Shown: positions 8,836-17,881, numbered from the stretch's first letter. The stretch is DNA of 64,000 bases from Geobacter sp. (GCF_027327745.1 NZ_DAHVYG010000085.1:20465-84464); one strand, 5' to 3'. The notes: generated from the sequence alone by a model not told the origin. Numbers and translations are program-made.

Positions 8836-9603
8836 ATGGGAGATACGCGTCAGATGGAACCGATCTACGAAAAGAGCTTTCAGATCCGCTCGTACGAAGT
8901 GGACATGGCGGGGCGGGTGCGACCGACGGCACTCCTCAACTACCTCCAGGAGGCTGCTGGAGACCACGCCCGGCTCCTCGGGGTGGCGGTGCGGGACCTG
9001 ATCCCCCGGGGGTTCACCTGGGTCCTCTCCCGGATGCACCTGAGGCTCCTCGGCACCGCTTCCTCCCGCGAGGAGCTGCGGGTGCGGACCTGGCCATCGA
9101 GCCGCGAGGGGCGCTTCTCGTGCCGGGAGTTCGAGGTGACGGCCGCGGACGGCCGCCCCATGGCATTGGCCAGCGCCTCGTTCGCGGTGCTCGACCTCGC
9201 CACCCGCCGGCCGGTGGTGATCGGCGAGCGCCTCCCCTCCTATCCGCTCCTGCCGCGCCGGGCGGTGGAGGACGATTTCGCCACGCTGCCGCGCCTGGCC
9301 GAGGCGGAGACGGAGCTCTCCTTCCGGGTGGGGTGGGGGGAGCTGGACATCAACCGCCACGTGAACAACGTGGTCTACGCCGCCTGGGCGCTGGAGACGG
9401 TTCCGGCCGCCGTGGCGCAGAAGTGCCTCCTGGCCGACCTGGAGATCGGCTACCGGGCCGAGGCGCTCTATGGCGAGACGGTGGTTGCCCGCTGCCGGCA
9501 GGAGAGCGGCGGGGAAAGCCCGGTGTTCATCCACCAGATCGTGCGGGCCGGCGACGGGGTCGAGCTCACCCGGCTGGTGAGCCGCTGGAGGCGTGCCGGG
9601 TAG
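8836..9603 (+). CDS. acyl-ACP thioesterase
   Basis: FQIRSYEVD N-terminal hot-dog signature, a second hot-dog region with NRHVNNVVY, and typical length. The start choice (8836 vs 8767 or 8854) is uncertain. Confidence 0.8.
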   Translation: MGDTRQMEPIYEKSFQIRSYEVDMAGRVRPTALLNYLQEAAGDHARLLGVAVRDLIPRGFTWVLSRMHLRLLGTASSREELRVRTWPSSREGRFSCREFEVTAADGRPMALASASFAVLDLATRRPVVIGERLPSYPLLPRRAVEDDFATLPRLAEAETELSFRVGWGELDINRHVNNVVYAAWALETVPAAVAQKCLLADLEIGYRAEALYGETVVARCRQESGGESPVFIHQIVRAGDGVELTRLVSRWRRAG

Positions 9604-9637
9604 GAGTCCGGTGTCCGGGGTGTCTGGAGGAGTGGGG

Positions 9638-9675
9638 AAGGGGAGAGCTGGTGACGGCTTTCCCCTTTTCGTTTG
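9638..9675 (+). terminator. putative rho-independent terminator
   Basis: AAGGGGA (9638-9644) pairs with TCCCCTT (9661-9667), followed by TTCGTTTG. Confidence 0.5.
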
Positions 9676-9811
9676 CGGGAGGTTGTAAACCGATGGCTTG
9701 GTGACGCGTTAGAAGGTGAGGCGCGGCCGGCCGGGTTTTCTTGACCGCAATCTGGGGTACACTGTAACTGTCAGGCAAGAAGCCGCGTCCATTCATTCAA
9801 GGAGGATGACC

Positions 9812-10477
9812 ATGAAAAAGATCACCATCACCATTGCAGCCATCGCCCTCTGCGCCATTCCCGCCGTCTCCGGGGCGACCCCTCCCCATCCCGGGGCCTA
9901 CGTCTCCGGCTTCCTCGGGGTCAGTGCCCCCCTGGACACCGACGTGACGGGTTTTGCCGGGGGGCCGATCAACGACCGGGTGGAGTTCGACCCGAGCATC
10001 AACGTGGGGGGGACCGGGGGGTACGACTTCGGCCTCATCCGTCTGGAGGGGGAGATCTCCTACAAGCACGGGGAGATCAAGTCGGTGACCGACGACACCG
10101 GCTTTCGCTTCGGGGGGGTGGACGGCAACATCGGGGCGCTGGCGGTGATGGCCAACGCCTTCTTCGATCTCCACAACGCCACCCCGATCACCCCGTACTG
10201 GGGAGGGGGGATAGGGTTTGCCGTGCTGAAGATAAGCGATACCTTCGGCAACGATGCGACGGGCCGGCTCCTCCTTTACCCCGAGGATGACGACACGGTC
10301 TTCGCCTACCAGGCGGGCGGAGGGGTGGAGATCGCCATCAACCGGCAGTTTTCGCTGGATCTCGGGTATCGCTACTTCGGGACGAGCAAGGCGACCTTCG
10401 ACTCCAACTGGCCGACGACGACCAGTCTGAAGTATGAGAGCCACAACGGGATGGTGGGGTTCCGGGTGAAGTTCTAA
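9812..10477 (+). CDS. outer-membrane beta-barrel protein (OmpA-like/OmpW-like porin family)
   Basis: Signal peptide MKKITITIAAIALCAIPAVSGA. Alternating beta pattern. C-terminal aromatic residue (..GFRVKF). AAGGAGG 6 nt upstream. Confidence 0.8.
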   Translation: MKKITITIAAIALCAIPAVSGATPPHPGAYVSGFLGVSAPLDTDVTGFAGGPINDRVEFDPSINVGGTGGYDFGLIRLEGEISYKHGEIKSVTDDTGFRFGGVDGNIGALAVMANAFFDLHNATPITPYWGGGIGFAVLKISDTFGNDATGRLLLYPEDDDTVFAYQAGGGVEIAINRQFSLDLGYRYFGTSKATFDSNWPTTTSLKYESHNGMVGFRVKF

Positions 10478-10554
10478 CAGTTACCGCTTCCCAGGCAGAT
10501 GGAGAGCCCCGCTGTCGGATTCCGGCAACGGGGTTTTTTGACGGTGCAAAGTCG

Positions 10555-11469
10555 TTACCCTTGCCGCGACGGGGGGAAGAGGAGCTTTGCCGCGTCGATG
10601 GTGTAGAGGACGAGGCCGGCCCAGATGCAGGCGAAGCTCATCAGGTGGGCACGGGTGAACGGCTCGCCGTAGGCGAAGACCGCCAGCAGGAAGTGGAGCG
10701 TCGGCACGATGTACTGCATCAGCCCCACGGTGGCGAGGCGCAGGCGCTTGGTGGCCGCGGCGAACCAAATGAGGGGGGTGGAGGTGAGGACCCCGGCGCA
10801 GGCGAGAAGCAGCGTGAGGTGCGGCGGGCCGGCGACGAAGGCGCTCCTGCCGCCGGCGGCAAGCCACCCCAGGTAGCCGAGGGCCGGGAGGAAGAGGAGG
10901 ATGGTCTCCACCGTGAGGCCGGAGAGGGAGTCCACCGGGGCCTGCTTGCGCAGCAGGCCGTAGAGGCCGAAGGAGAAGGCGAGGACGAGGGAGATCCAGG
11001 GGAGCTCCCCGTGGTGGATGGTGAGGAAGAGAACGCCGGTGGCGGCGAGGAGAAAGCTCGCCTTCTGCTTCGCCCCGAGCCGCTCCCGCAGGAAGAGCAC
11101 CCCGAGAAGCGCCGAAACGAGCGGGTTGATGAAGTAGCCGAGGCTCGACTGCAGGACCTTGCCGGCCCCGACGGCGTAGATGAAGACAAGCCAGTTGACG
11201 GCGATGAGGAGCGAGGTGGCGCAGAGGGTGAGCAGGGTCCGGGGCCGGGCGAAGACCGCCCGCACCCCTTCCCAGCGGCGGGCGACGGTCAGCATCAGGG
11301 CGAGGGTCACCACCGACCAGACGATCCGGTGGGAGAGCACCTCCAAAGGCGCCACCCCCGCCAGTGCCTTGAAGTAGATCGGGAAGAATCCCCACACCAG
11401 GTAGGCGGCAAGGGCGTAGGTTACCCCGAGGCGGGCCTCGCGATGGGCAGCGTCTGCGGTATGGGGCAT
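10555..11469 (-). CDS. rarD: RarD (EamA/DMT-family transporter)
   Basis: Strong resemblance to E. coli RarD along the whole length: YLVWGFFPIYFK, SLGYFINPLV, FSFGLYGLLRK, TKRLRLATVGLMQYIVPTL. Start MPHTADA at 11469. Confidence 0.85.
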   Translation of the reverse strand: MPHTADAAHREARLGVTYALAAYLVWGFFPIYFKALAGVAPLEVLSHRIVWSVVTLALMLTVARRWEGVRAVFARPRTLLTLCATSLLIAVNWLVFIYAVGAGKVLQSSLGYFINPLVSALLGVLFLRERLGAKQKASFLLAATGVLFLTIHHGELPWISLVLAFSFGLYGLLRKQAPVDSLSGLTVETILLFLPALGYLGWLAAGGRSAFVAGPPHLTLLLACAGVLTSTPLIWFAAATKRLRLATVGLMQYIVPTLHFLLAVFAYGEPFTRAHLMSFACIWAGLVLYTIDAAKLLFPPSRQG

Positions 11470-11552
11470 GGTTTCCTCCTTTCTCTCTCTCCCTCGCCGG
11501 CCCGCTCCATGATACACGAGCCGCATGGCGGCTTCAATTATCCCTTGACTTT

Positions 11553-11570
11553 CTAGACGACCGGTCTAAT
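11553..11570. promoter_or_regulatory. candidate TetR operator copy 1 (CTAGACGACCGGTCTAAT), just downstream of TTGACT
   Basis: An identical 18-mer recurs at 12186-12203. It contains the inverted repeat TAGAC-N5-GTCTA and the palindrome GACCGGTC. It lies 10 nt upstream of the TetR start. Confidence 0.6.
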
Positions 11571-11580
11571 AATTCCTTCC

Positions 11581-12168
11581 ATGGACAGGAACGAAACACG
11601 CGCCACCATCATCCGCATCGGCACCGATCTCATCTCCCGCCAGGGGTTCAACGCCACCGGCATCGACGCGGTGCTGAAGGAGGCGGGGGTCCCGAAGGGC
11701 TCCTTCTACTACTACTTCCGGAGCAAGGAGGAGTTCGGCCTGGCGGTGATCGACCACTTCGCCGAGCGCTACGACCAGCGGCTCGACACCTTCCTGAACG
11801 ACGAGGAGGTGACGCCGCTGAACCGCATCCGCAACTACCTGGAGAGCGGCCTGGCCCGGCTGGAGCAGAACCAGTGCAGCAAGGGGTGCCTCATCGGCAA
11901 CCTGGGACAGGAGCTGGCAGACCAGAACGAACGCTTCCGCGTCCGGCTGGACGAGATCTTCCGCTCGTGGAAGGAGCGCTTCGCCGCCTGTCTGGGGGAG
12001 GCCCAGCGGGGAGGGGGGCTGGCGCCGGAACTCGATTCCAATGTGGTAGCCGGTTTCATCCTCTCGGGGCTGGAGGGGGCGATCCTGCGGGCCAAGGTGA
12101 TGAAGTCGCCCCAGCCGCTGCGGGATTTCATTGAAACGCTTTTTGCGACGGTGCTCCGGAGACGGTAA
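11581..12168 (+). CDS. TetR-family transcriptional regulator
   Basis: N-terminal HTH (GFNATGIDAVLKEAGVPKGSFYYYFRSKEE), 195 aa. Confidence 0.9.
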   Translation: MDRNETRATIIRIGTDLISRQGFNATGIDAVLKEAGVPKGSFYYYFRSKEEFGLAVIDHFAERYDQRLDTFLNDEEVTPLNRIRNYLESGLARLEQNQCSKGCLIGNLGQELADQNERFRVRLDEIFRSWKERFAACLGEAQRGGGLAPELDSNVVAGFILSGLEGAILRAKVMKSPQPLRDFIETLFATVLRRR

Positions 12169-12185
12169 AAAATTTTGACCGGCAA

Positions 12186-12203
12186 CTAGACGACCGGTCT
12201 AAT
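12186..12203. promoter_or_regulatory. candidate TetR operator copy 2 (CTAGACGACCGGTCTAAT), downstream of TTGACC
   Basis: Identical to 11553-11570. It lies 21 nt upstream of the oxidoreductase start at 12224. Confidence 0.6.
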
Positions 12204-12223
12204 TCTAGTGCAAGGAGGGGAGT

Positions 12224-13231
12224 ATGGCAACGACGTCGACATTCAAGGCGCTGGTGGTGGAGAAGACCCCTGAAAAGCAGTTCGTGCGGGAGATTCGGGA
12301 GCGGAGCAGCGACGACCTTCCCGCCGGCGATCTGGTGGTGCGGGTCCACTATTCTTCCCTCAACTACAAGGACGCCCTTTCCGCCACGGGGCACCCCGGG
12401 GTGACCCGGCAGTTCCCCCACACCCCGGGCATCGACGCGGCGGGGGAGGTGGTGTCGTGCGAGGGGGGCGCCTTCGCCCCCGGCGACAGGGTCATTGTCA
12501 CCGGCTACGACCTGGGGATGGAGACCGACGGCGGCTGGGGGCAGTACATCCGCATCCCGTCGGAGTGGGCGGTGCGACTCCCGGAGGGGCTCTCCCTACG
12601 GGAGGCGATGGCGCTGGGCACCGCCGGCTTCACGGCCGCCCTGTCGGTGCTGAAGCTGGAGCGGGCGGGGGTGAAGCCCGATGCCGGCGAGATCCTCGTT
12701 ACCGGCGCCACCGGTGGGGTGGGGAGCATTGCCGTCGCCATTCTCGCCGTCGCGGGCTACCGGGTGGTGGCCTCCACCGGCAAGGAGGCCGACGAGGAGT
12801 ACCTCCGGGACCTCGGCGCCTCCAAGGTCGTCAGCCGCGACGAGGTGACTGCCGGGGCGGAGAAGGCGCTCCTCGCCGAACGGTGGGCCGGCGCGGTGGA
12901 TGTGGTCGGCGGCCAGACCCTGGCGGCGGTCCTGAAAAGCACGAAGTACGGCGGCACGGTCACCTGCTGCGGACTGGTGGGCTCGCCGGAGCTGCCGGTG
13001 AACGTCTACCCGTTCATCCTGCGGGGGGTGAGCCTGCTGGGGATCGACTCGGTCCAGTGCCCCCGTCATACCCGCGAAGAGGTCTGGCAGCGGCTGGCAG
13101 CGGCCTGGAAGCCGGCCCGCCTCGATGAGATGGTGACCGAGTGTACCCTGCCGGGGCTCGAAGTCATGATCCAGACCATCCTCCACGGGGGGATCACGGG
13201 ACGGGTCGTGGTCAACATGCGCGAGAGCTGA
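12224..13231 (+). CDS. YhdH/AcuI-type NADPH:quinone (acrylyl-CoA) oxidoreductase, MDR superfamily
   Basis: VHYSSLNYKDALSATG...PHTPGIDAAGEVV and nucleotide loop VTGATGGVGS. Confidence 0.85.
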   Translation: MATTSTFKALVVEKTPEKQFVREIRERSSDDLPAGDLVVRVHYSSLNYKDALSATGHPGVTRQFPHTPGIDAAGEVVSCEGGAFAPGDRVIVTGYDLGMETDGGWGQYIRIPSEWAVRLPEGLSLREAMALGTAGFTAALSVLKLERAGVKPDAGEILVTGATGGVGSIAVAILAVAGYRVVASTGKEADEEYLRDLGASKVVSRDEVTAGAEKALLAERWAGAVDVVGGQTLAAVLKSTKYGGTVTCCGLVGSPELPVNVYPFILRGVSLLGIDSVQCPRHTREEVWQRLAAAWKPARLDEMVTECTLPGLEVMIQTILHGGITGRVVVNMRES

Positions 13232-13263
13232 TGCCTGTACTACCAAGATACCGAAGGAGGAAA

Positions 13264-13836
13264 ATGATGAAGATTGTCACCTTGCTGGGAAGTCCGCGCC
13301 TGAAGAAGAACAGCGCCACTATAGCGAACCGTTTCACCGAGACCGCCGCAGCGCTCGGCGCCGAAACCCGTACCTTCGAGCTGAACCGGCTCGTCTACCG
13401 CGGCTGCCAGGGGTGCTATGCCTGCAAGAAAGGGGACGAGCACTGTGTGCTGACGGACGATCTGACCGAGGTGCTGGCGGCGGTGCGGGAGGCGGACGTG
13501 GTGGTGCTTGCCTCGCCGGTCTACTACGGCGACGTCACCGCCCAGCTCAAGGGATTTATCGACCGCTGCTACTCGTACCTCACCCCCGATTACCTCACCA
13601 ACCCGCTGCCGAGCCGGCTCGGCCCCAAGAAGCTCGTCATGGTCCTTGTCCAGGGGCATCCGGACGAGTCGCTCTTTGCCGACATCTTCCCCCGCTACGA
13701 CGGCTTCCTGAAATGGATGGGATTCACCGAAACCCGCCTGATCCGCGCCTGCGGCATCGGACCGGCAAGCGTCGACGCGGTCCCCGATGCGCTCTTGCAA
13801 CAGGCCGAGGAAGCGGCCCGGGCGCTTACGGCATAA
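13264..13836 (+). CDS. iron-sulfur flavoprotein / NADPH-dependent FMN reductase-family protein
   Basis: MKIVTLLGSPRLKKNS flavodoxin-like N-terminus. Compact Cys motif CQGCYACKKGDEHC (CX2CX2CX6C). AGGAGG upstream. Confidence 0.75.
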   Translation: MMKIVTLLGSPRLKKNSATIANRFTETAAALGAETRTFELNRLVYRGCQGCYACKKGDEHCVLTDDLTEVLAAVREADVVVLASPVYYGDVTAQLKGFIDRCYSYLTPDYLTNPLPSRLGPKKLVMVLVQGHPDESLFADIFPRYDGFLKWMGFTETRLIRACGIGPASVDAVPDALLQQAEEAARALTA

Positions 13837-13838
13837 TC

Positions 13839-14651
13839 ATGAAGACCGATAGCCTCGTTACCATCGATCGCGCCGCCTGCCGCCGCGATGGCGTCTGCAG
13901 CGCGGTCTGTCCCGTCGATCTGTTCGTGGCGGACCCTGACGGAATCCCCGCCTTCCGCGCGGCGGGGAACAAGCGCTGCATGGAGTGCGGACACTGCGTC
14001 GCCGCCTGCCCCCATGACGCCATCGATCATCTCGCCATCCCCCGGGCCGATTCGCCCGTGGTCGACGCCGCACTGGCGCTCCCCGCCGCCGCAGCCGTCC
14101 AGCTTCTCAAGAGCCGCCGCTCCGTCCGGCAGTTCCGGAGTGAGCCGGTTCCCCACGAGCTGATGGCGAAGTTCGTCGACACCGCCCGCTGGGCGCCGAC
14201 GGCCCGCAACCGGCAGGAGGTCCACTGGCTGGTGCTCCGGGATCCGGCCGCGGTGCGGCAGTTGGCCGGCCTCACCGTGGAGTGGCTTCGGCAGGACACG
14301 GGACTAGGCAGCCAGTATGCCGGTTTCGTCACCGCCTGGGAGGATGGGGAAGATCGGGTGCTGCGCGGTGCCCCGCATCTGGTGGTGGCCCATGGGCCCG
14401 CCGACTGGCAGGGGAGCGCCGTTGACTGCACCATCGCCCTGAACTACTTCGAGCTGGCGGCGGTGGCCCACGGGGTCGGCACCTGCTGGGCGGGGTTCCT
14501 GACGCGGGCCGCGGCCGACTACGCCCCGCTCCAGGAGGCGCTGGCACTTCCCGGGGGGCACCGTGCCTTCGGCGCCCTCATGTTCGGCTATCCGAAGTAC
14601 TGCTATCGTCGCATCCCGCAGCGCCGGGAGGCCCGGGTGGAGTGGCGCTGA
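13839..14651 (+). CDS. ferredoxin (2x4Fe-4S)-nitroreductase fusion protein
   Basis: CRRDGVCSAVCP and CMECGHCVAACP motifs, followed by the nitroreductase signature SRRSVRQF...ARWAPTARNRQ. Confidence 0.8.
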   Translation: MKTDSLVTIDRAACRRDGVCSAVCPVDLFVADPDGIPAFRAAGNKRCMECGHCVAACPHDAIDHLAIPRADSPVVDAALALPAAAAVQLLKSRRSVRQFRSEPVPHELMAKFVDTARWAPTARNRQEVHWLVLRDPAAVRQLAGLTVEWLRQDTGLGSQYAGFVTAWEDGEDRVLRGAPHLVVAHGPADWQGSAVDCTIALNYFELAAVAHGVGTCWAGFLTRAAADYAPLQEALALPGGHRAFGALMFGYPKYCYRRIPQRREARVEWR

Positions 14652-14887
14652 CCATGACCGATTCCCCCGGAGCCGGCAGACGGGATGCCGGCAAGCTCCT
14701 GCTGCTCGCCATGGGGTGTTACAATACCTGCGTCTATGCCGGGATGATGCTCTGCGCCGCCGGCATGGGGCCGGTCATTCGGGGAGAAGGGTTTCGGGTC
14801 GGTTTTTTCCTCAACGGTGCGGTGGGGGTGGCGGTCCTTCTCCTCTTCATGACCCTGTACCGGCGTCCGGCGCCGGAAGCGGGGTAA
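14642..14887 (+). CDS. small membrane protein
   Basis: Two hydrophobic segments. It overlaps the upstream stop. An alternative start is at 14654. Confidence 0.4.
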   Translation: MALTMTDSPGAGRRDAGKLLLLAMGCYNTCVYAGMMLCAAGMGPVIRGEGFRVGFFLNGAVGVAVLLLFMTLYRRPAPEAG

Positions 14888-14897
14888 GGAGGTCGAA

Positions 14898-15719
14898 ATG
14901 GTCGGGATGATTTCCACAGAGATCAGGCGTTTCGTGGGGGAGTCCCCCGAAAACCGCTTTTCCGGCGGCGGACCGTACTTCGATGACCCCCTGGTGGGGT
15001 TCGCGGCGGCGGGAGATCCGCTCTTCCGGGAGTACAAAGGGATCATCGGCGATTTCCATCGGACGCCCGAAGAGATCCTTGCCGGCGCGGCTTCGGTTGT
15101 CTGCTGGGTCCTCCCCGTCACCCGCGCCACCCGCGAGAGCAACCGCCGGGAAAACCGGTGGCCCTCCCGGGAGTGGGCCCTCACCCGCCACCACGGGGAG
15201 ACCTTCAACAACACGCTGCGGCGACACCTGGTCGCCTGGCTCGAAGAGCGAGGCCACCGGGCCGTAGCGCCGCAGCTGGCCGAAGGGTGGCGGCAGTTGG
15301 AAGACCCGGCAGTCGGCATTGCCTCCACCTGGTCCGAGCGTCACGCCGCCTATGCCGCGGGTCTTGGCACCTTCAGCCTGAACGATGCCCTCATCACCGG
15401 CCGGGGAATCGCCCACCGCCTCGGAAGCGTCGTCACCGACCTCGTTCTGGCGCCGACGCCGCGCACCGCCCCCGATTACCGGCACAACTGCCTCTGGCAC
15501 CGTGAGGGGAGCTGCGGGGCCTGCATCGGCCGCTGCCCCGCCGGCGCCCTCTCCCGGCAGGGGCACGATAAAAGGAAATGCCGCGACTATGTTTACGACG
15601 CGGTCCCCGGCACGGTGGGGGAGCGTTACGGCGTCGCCCAGACCGGCTGCGGCCTCTGCCAGACCCGGGTCCCGTGCGAGGGGGAGGTGCCGCGCGCAAC
15701 GGGACGGACCGACTCCTGA
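14898..15719 (+). CDS. 4Fe-4S-binding protein of the epoxyqueuosine-reductase/reductive-dehalogenase-like superfamily
   Basis: C-terminal CGACIGRCPAGAL and CGLCQTRVPC motifs. The rest fits my recollection of QueG-like domains. Confidence 0.6.
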   Translation: MVGMISTEIRRFVGESPENRFSGGGPYFDDPLVGFAAAGDPLFREYKGIIGDFHRTPEEILAGAASVVCWVLPVTRATRESNRRENRWPSREWALTRHHGETFNNTLRRHLVAWLEERGHRAVAPQLAEGWRQLEDPAVGIASTWSERHAAYAAGLGTFSLNDALITGRGIAHRLGSVVTDLVLAPTPRTAPDYRHNCLWHREGSCGACIGRCPAGALSRQGHDKRKCRDYVYDAVPGTVGERYGVAQTGCGLCQTRVPCEGEVPRATGRTDS

Positions 15720-15761
15720 GTGAAAATTAACTGGACGGCGGGCACGTAAATCGTTAAATAT

Positions 15762-15786
15762 GGAGTGAACATTCATTCCGTTTTGC
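15762..15786. promoter_or_regulatory. candidate operator box upstream of the efflux TetR gene (reverse-complement relative of 16419-16444)
   Basis: Its reverse complement GCAAAACGGAATGAATGTTCACTCC matches GCAATCAGAATGAATGTTCATTCT at 18 of 24 positions. Confidence 0.5.
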
Positions 15787-15802
15787 AGAAAAAAGGAGAA
15801 CC

Positions 15803-16378
15803 ATGGCGAAGTCTGACAAGCGTGACGAGATCGTCCGTGCCGCCCTCGAACTCATCGCCGAGCACGGCTTCCACGGCGCCCCCATGGCGATGATCGCCGA
15901 CCGGGCCGGCGTGGGTGCCGGAACGATCTACCGCTATTTCGAGAACAAGGATGTCCTCATCAACGAGCTCTACCGGGAGATCGAAGAGCGGATTTACCCG
16001 GTGATCCTCGATGGATACGCGCCGGAGAAACCGATCCGGGAGCGGTTTCTCCACCTCGGCACGGCGCTGCTGCGCTACTTTATCGAAAATCCCCTCGAAT
16101 TCAGGTATGTGGAGCAGTTCCACAACTCCCCCTACGGTGTGGTCTTCCGCCGGGACAAGCTTCTGGGGAAGAGGGAAGGGTGCGACGTCTACCGCGAGCT
16201 CTTCGAGGAGGGGGTCTCCCGGCAGGTGATGAAGGACCTCCCCCTCGTCGTCCTCTTTGCCCTTTCCTTCGGGCCGCTCCTGACGGTGGCGCGGGACCAT
16301 ATCCTCGGTTTCGTCGCACTGGATCCCCCCCTGATCGCCCGGACCATCGAGGCTTGCTGGGACGGCATCAGAAGATAG
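15803..16378 (+). CDS. TetR/AcrR-family repressor, adjacent to the RND efflux operon
   Basis: HTH GFHGAPMAMIADRAGVGAGTIYRYFENKD, 191 aa. Confidence 0.9.
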   Translation: MAKSDKRDEIVRAALELIAEHGFHGAPMAMIADRAGVGAGTIYRYFENKDVLINELYREIEERIYPVILDGYAPEKPIRERFLHLGTALLRYFIENPLEFRYVEQFHNSPYGVVFRRDKLLGKREGCDVYRELFEEGVSRQVMKDLPLVVLFALSFGPLLTVARDHILGFVALDPPLIARTIEACWDGIRR

Positions 16379-16418
16379 GGAAAGGGGAGTGACCGGTTCG
16401 GGACTTTTTAAGCGGAGC

Positions 16419-16444
16419 AATCAGAATGAATGTTCATTCTGATT
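16419..16444. promoter_or_regulatory. 12-bp-arm perfect inverted repeat AATCAGAATGAA-TG-TTCATTCTGATT (candidate operator and/or hairpin)
   Basis: Read directly. It lies between the TetR stop and the efflux genes and shares the GAATGAATGTTCA core with 15762-15786. Confidence 0.55.
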
Positions 16445-16591
16445 TCGGGGGGCGACTGGTGAACCCCTCTGCAAAGGACGCGCGGATGACCTTTTTTATC
16501 GTTCTTACGATGGCGGTCTGGGCGCTGACGGCGATCATCGCCTTCGTGAAAAAAGACAAGTGACTGGCCGATTGGACGGCAATTTCTTCAC

Positions 16592-17791
16592 ATGACAGAG
16601 GTGCCTATGCAAGTGACGTACAGAACTCGACTGATTACCGTGGCGGGTCTCCTGGCTGCCGGACTGCTGGTAGCCGGCTGTGGCGGGAAAACCACCGCCG
16701 CTCCGCCCCCCAGCGGCCCCCCCGAAGTGGGGGTGATCGCGGTCAAGCCGGAACGGGTGGCGCTGACCACGGAACTTCCCGGCCGCACCTCCCCCCACCT
16801 GATTGCCGAGGTGCGACCCCAGGTGAGCGGCATCATCCAGAAGCGCCTCTTCACCGAGGGGGCCGACGTGAAGGCGGGACAGGTCCTGTACCAGATCAAT
16901 CCTTCGACCTACCAGGCGGCCTTTGCCAGCGCCAGGGCAACCCTGGCCCGGGCCGAGGCCAACCTGATCCCGGCCCGGCTCAAGGAGGAGCGGTTCCGGG
17001 ACCTGGTGAAGATCAAGGCGGTGAGCCAGCAGGACTATGATGACGCCAGCGCCGCCCTCAAGCAGGCCGAGGCCGACGTAGCGGCCGCCAAGGCGGCGGT
17101 GGAGACGGCCCGCATCAACCTCGCCTACACCAAGGTGACCGCCCCCATTTCAGGGCGGATCGGCCGTTCCACCGTGACCGACGGGGCGCTCGTCACCGCC
17201 AATCAACCCACGGCGCTTGCCACCATCCAGCAACTCAGCTCCATGTACGTGGATGTCACCCAGTCCAGCGCCGAGCTGCTGAAGCTGAAGCAGAGCCTCG
17301 CCACGGGGCTTCTGAAACACGACGGGGCCGCCCAGGCGCGGGTGAAGCTTCTGCTGGAGGACGGCACTCCCTATCCGCTGACGGGGACCCTGAAGTTCTC
17401 GGAGGTGACCGTGGACCAGGGGACCGGCTCCATCACCCTGCGGGCGGTCTTCCCGAACCCGAAGCAGACCCTCCTCCCCGGCATGTTCGTGCGCGCCATC
17501 GTGGAGGATGGGGTAAGCCCGCAGGCGATCCTGGTGCCCCAGCGGGGGGTCAGCCGGAACCCGAAGGGTGAGGCGATGGTCATGGTGGTGGGGGCCGAAA
17601 ACAAGGTGGAGCCCCGGACCATCACGGTCGCCCGGACCGTCGGCGACAGCTGGCTGGTGAGCGACGGGCTCAAGGCGGGGGACCAGGTGATTCTCGAAGG
17701 GCTCCAGAGGGCAAAGCCGGGGACGCCGGTGAAGGTCGTACCGTTCGGCGCCAAGCCGGAGGCGGCTCCCGCCATCGCAGGAAAGAAGTAA
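16592..17791 (+). CDS. RND efflux periplasmic adaptor (AcrA/MexA-like lipoprotein)
   Basis: Lipobox LLVAGC. HlyD/barrel-sandwich regions (VRPQVSGII, YQINPSTYQA, INLAYTKVTAPISGRIG). Confidence 0.9.
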   Translation: MTEVPMQVTYRTRLITVAGLLAAGLLVAGCGGKTTAAPPPSGPPEVGVIAVKPERVALTTELPGRTSPHLIAEVRPQVSGIIQKRLFTEGADVKAGQVLYQINPSTYQAAFASARATLARAEANLIPARLKEERFRDLVKIKAVSQQDYDDASAALKQAEADVAAAKAAVETARINLAYTKVTAPISGRIGRSTVTDGALVTANQPTALATIQQLSSMYVDVTQSSAELLKLKQSLATGLLKHDGAAQARVKLLLEDGTPYPLTGTLKFSEVTVDQGTGSITLRAVFPNPKQTLLPGMFVRAIVEDGVSPQAILVPQRGVSRNPKGEAMVMVVGAENKVEPRTITVARTVGDSWLVSDGLKAGDQVILEGLQRAKPGTPVKVVPFGAKPEAAPAIAGKK

Positions 17792-17793
17792 CC

Positions 17794-17881
17794 TCTCCCC
17801 CCTTTGAAAAAGGGGGGAGGGGGGGATTTGCTCTTGACTCCAAAGCGAAATCCCCCTAAATCCCCCTTTTTCAAAGGGGGA
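17794..17881. repeat. GC-rich hairpin module (two C5-8/G5-8 stem-loops) in the adaptor-pump spacer
   Basis: CTCCCCCC-TTTGAAAAA-GGGGGGAG (17795-17819) and CCCCC-TTTTTCAAA-GGGGG (17862-17880). Same style as the hairpins at 28716-28945. Confidence 0.7.
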
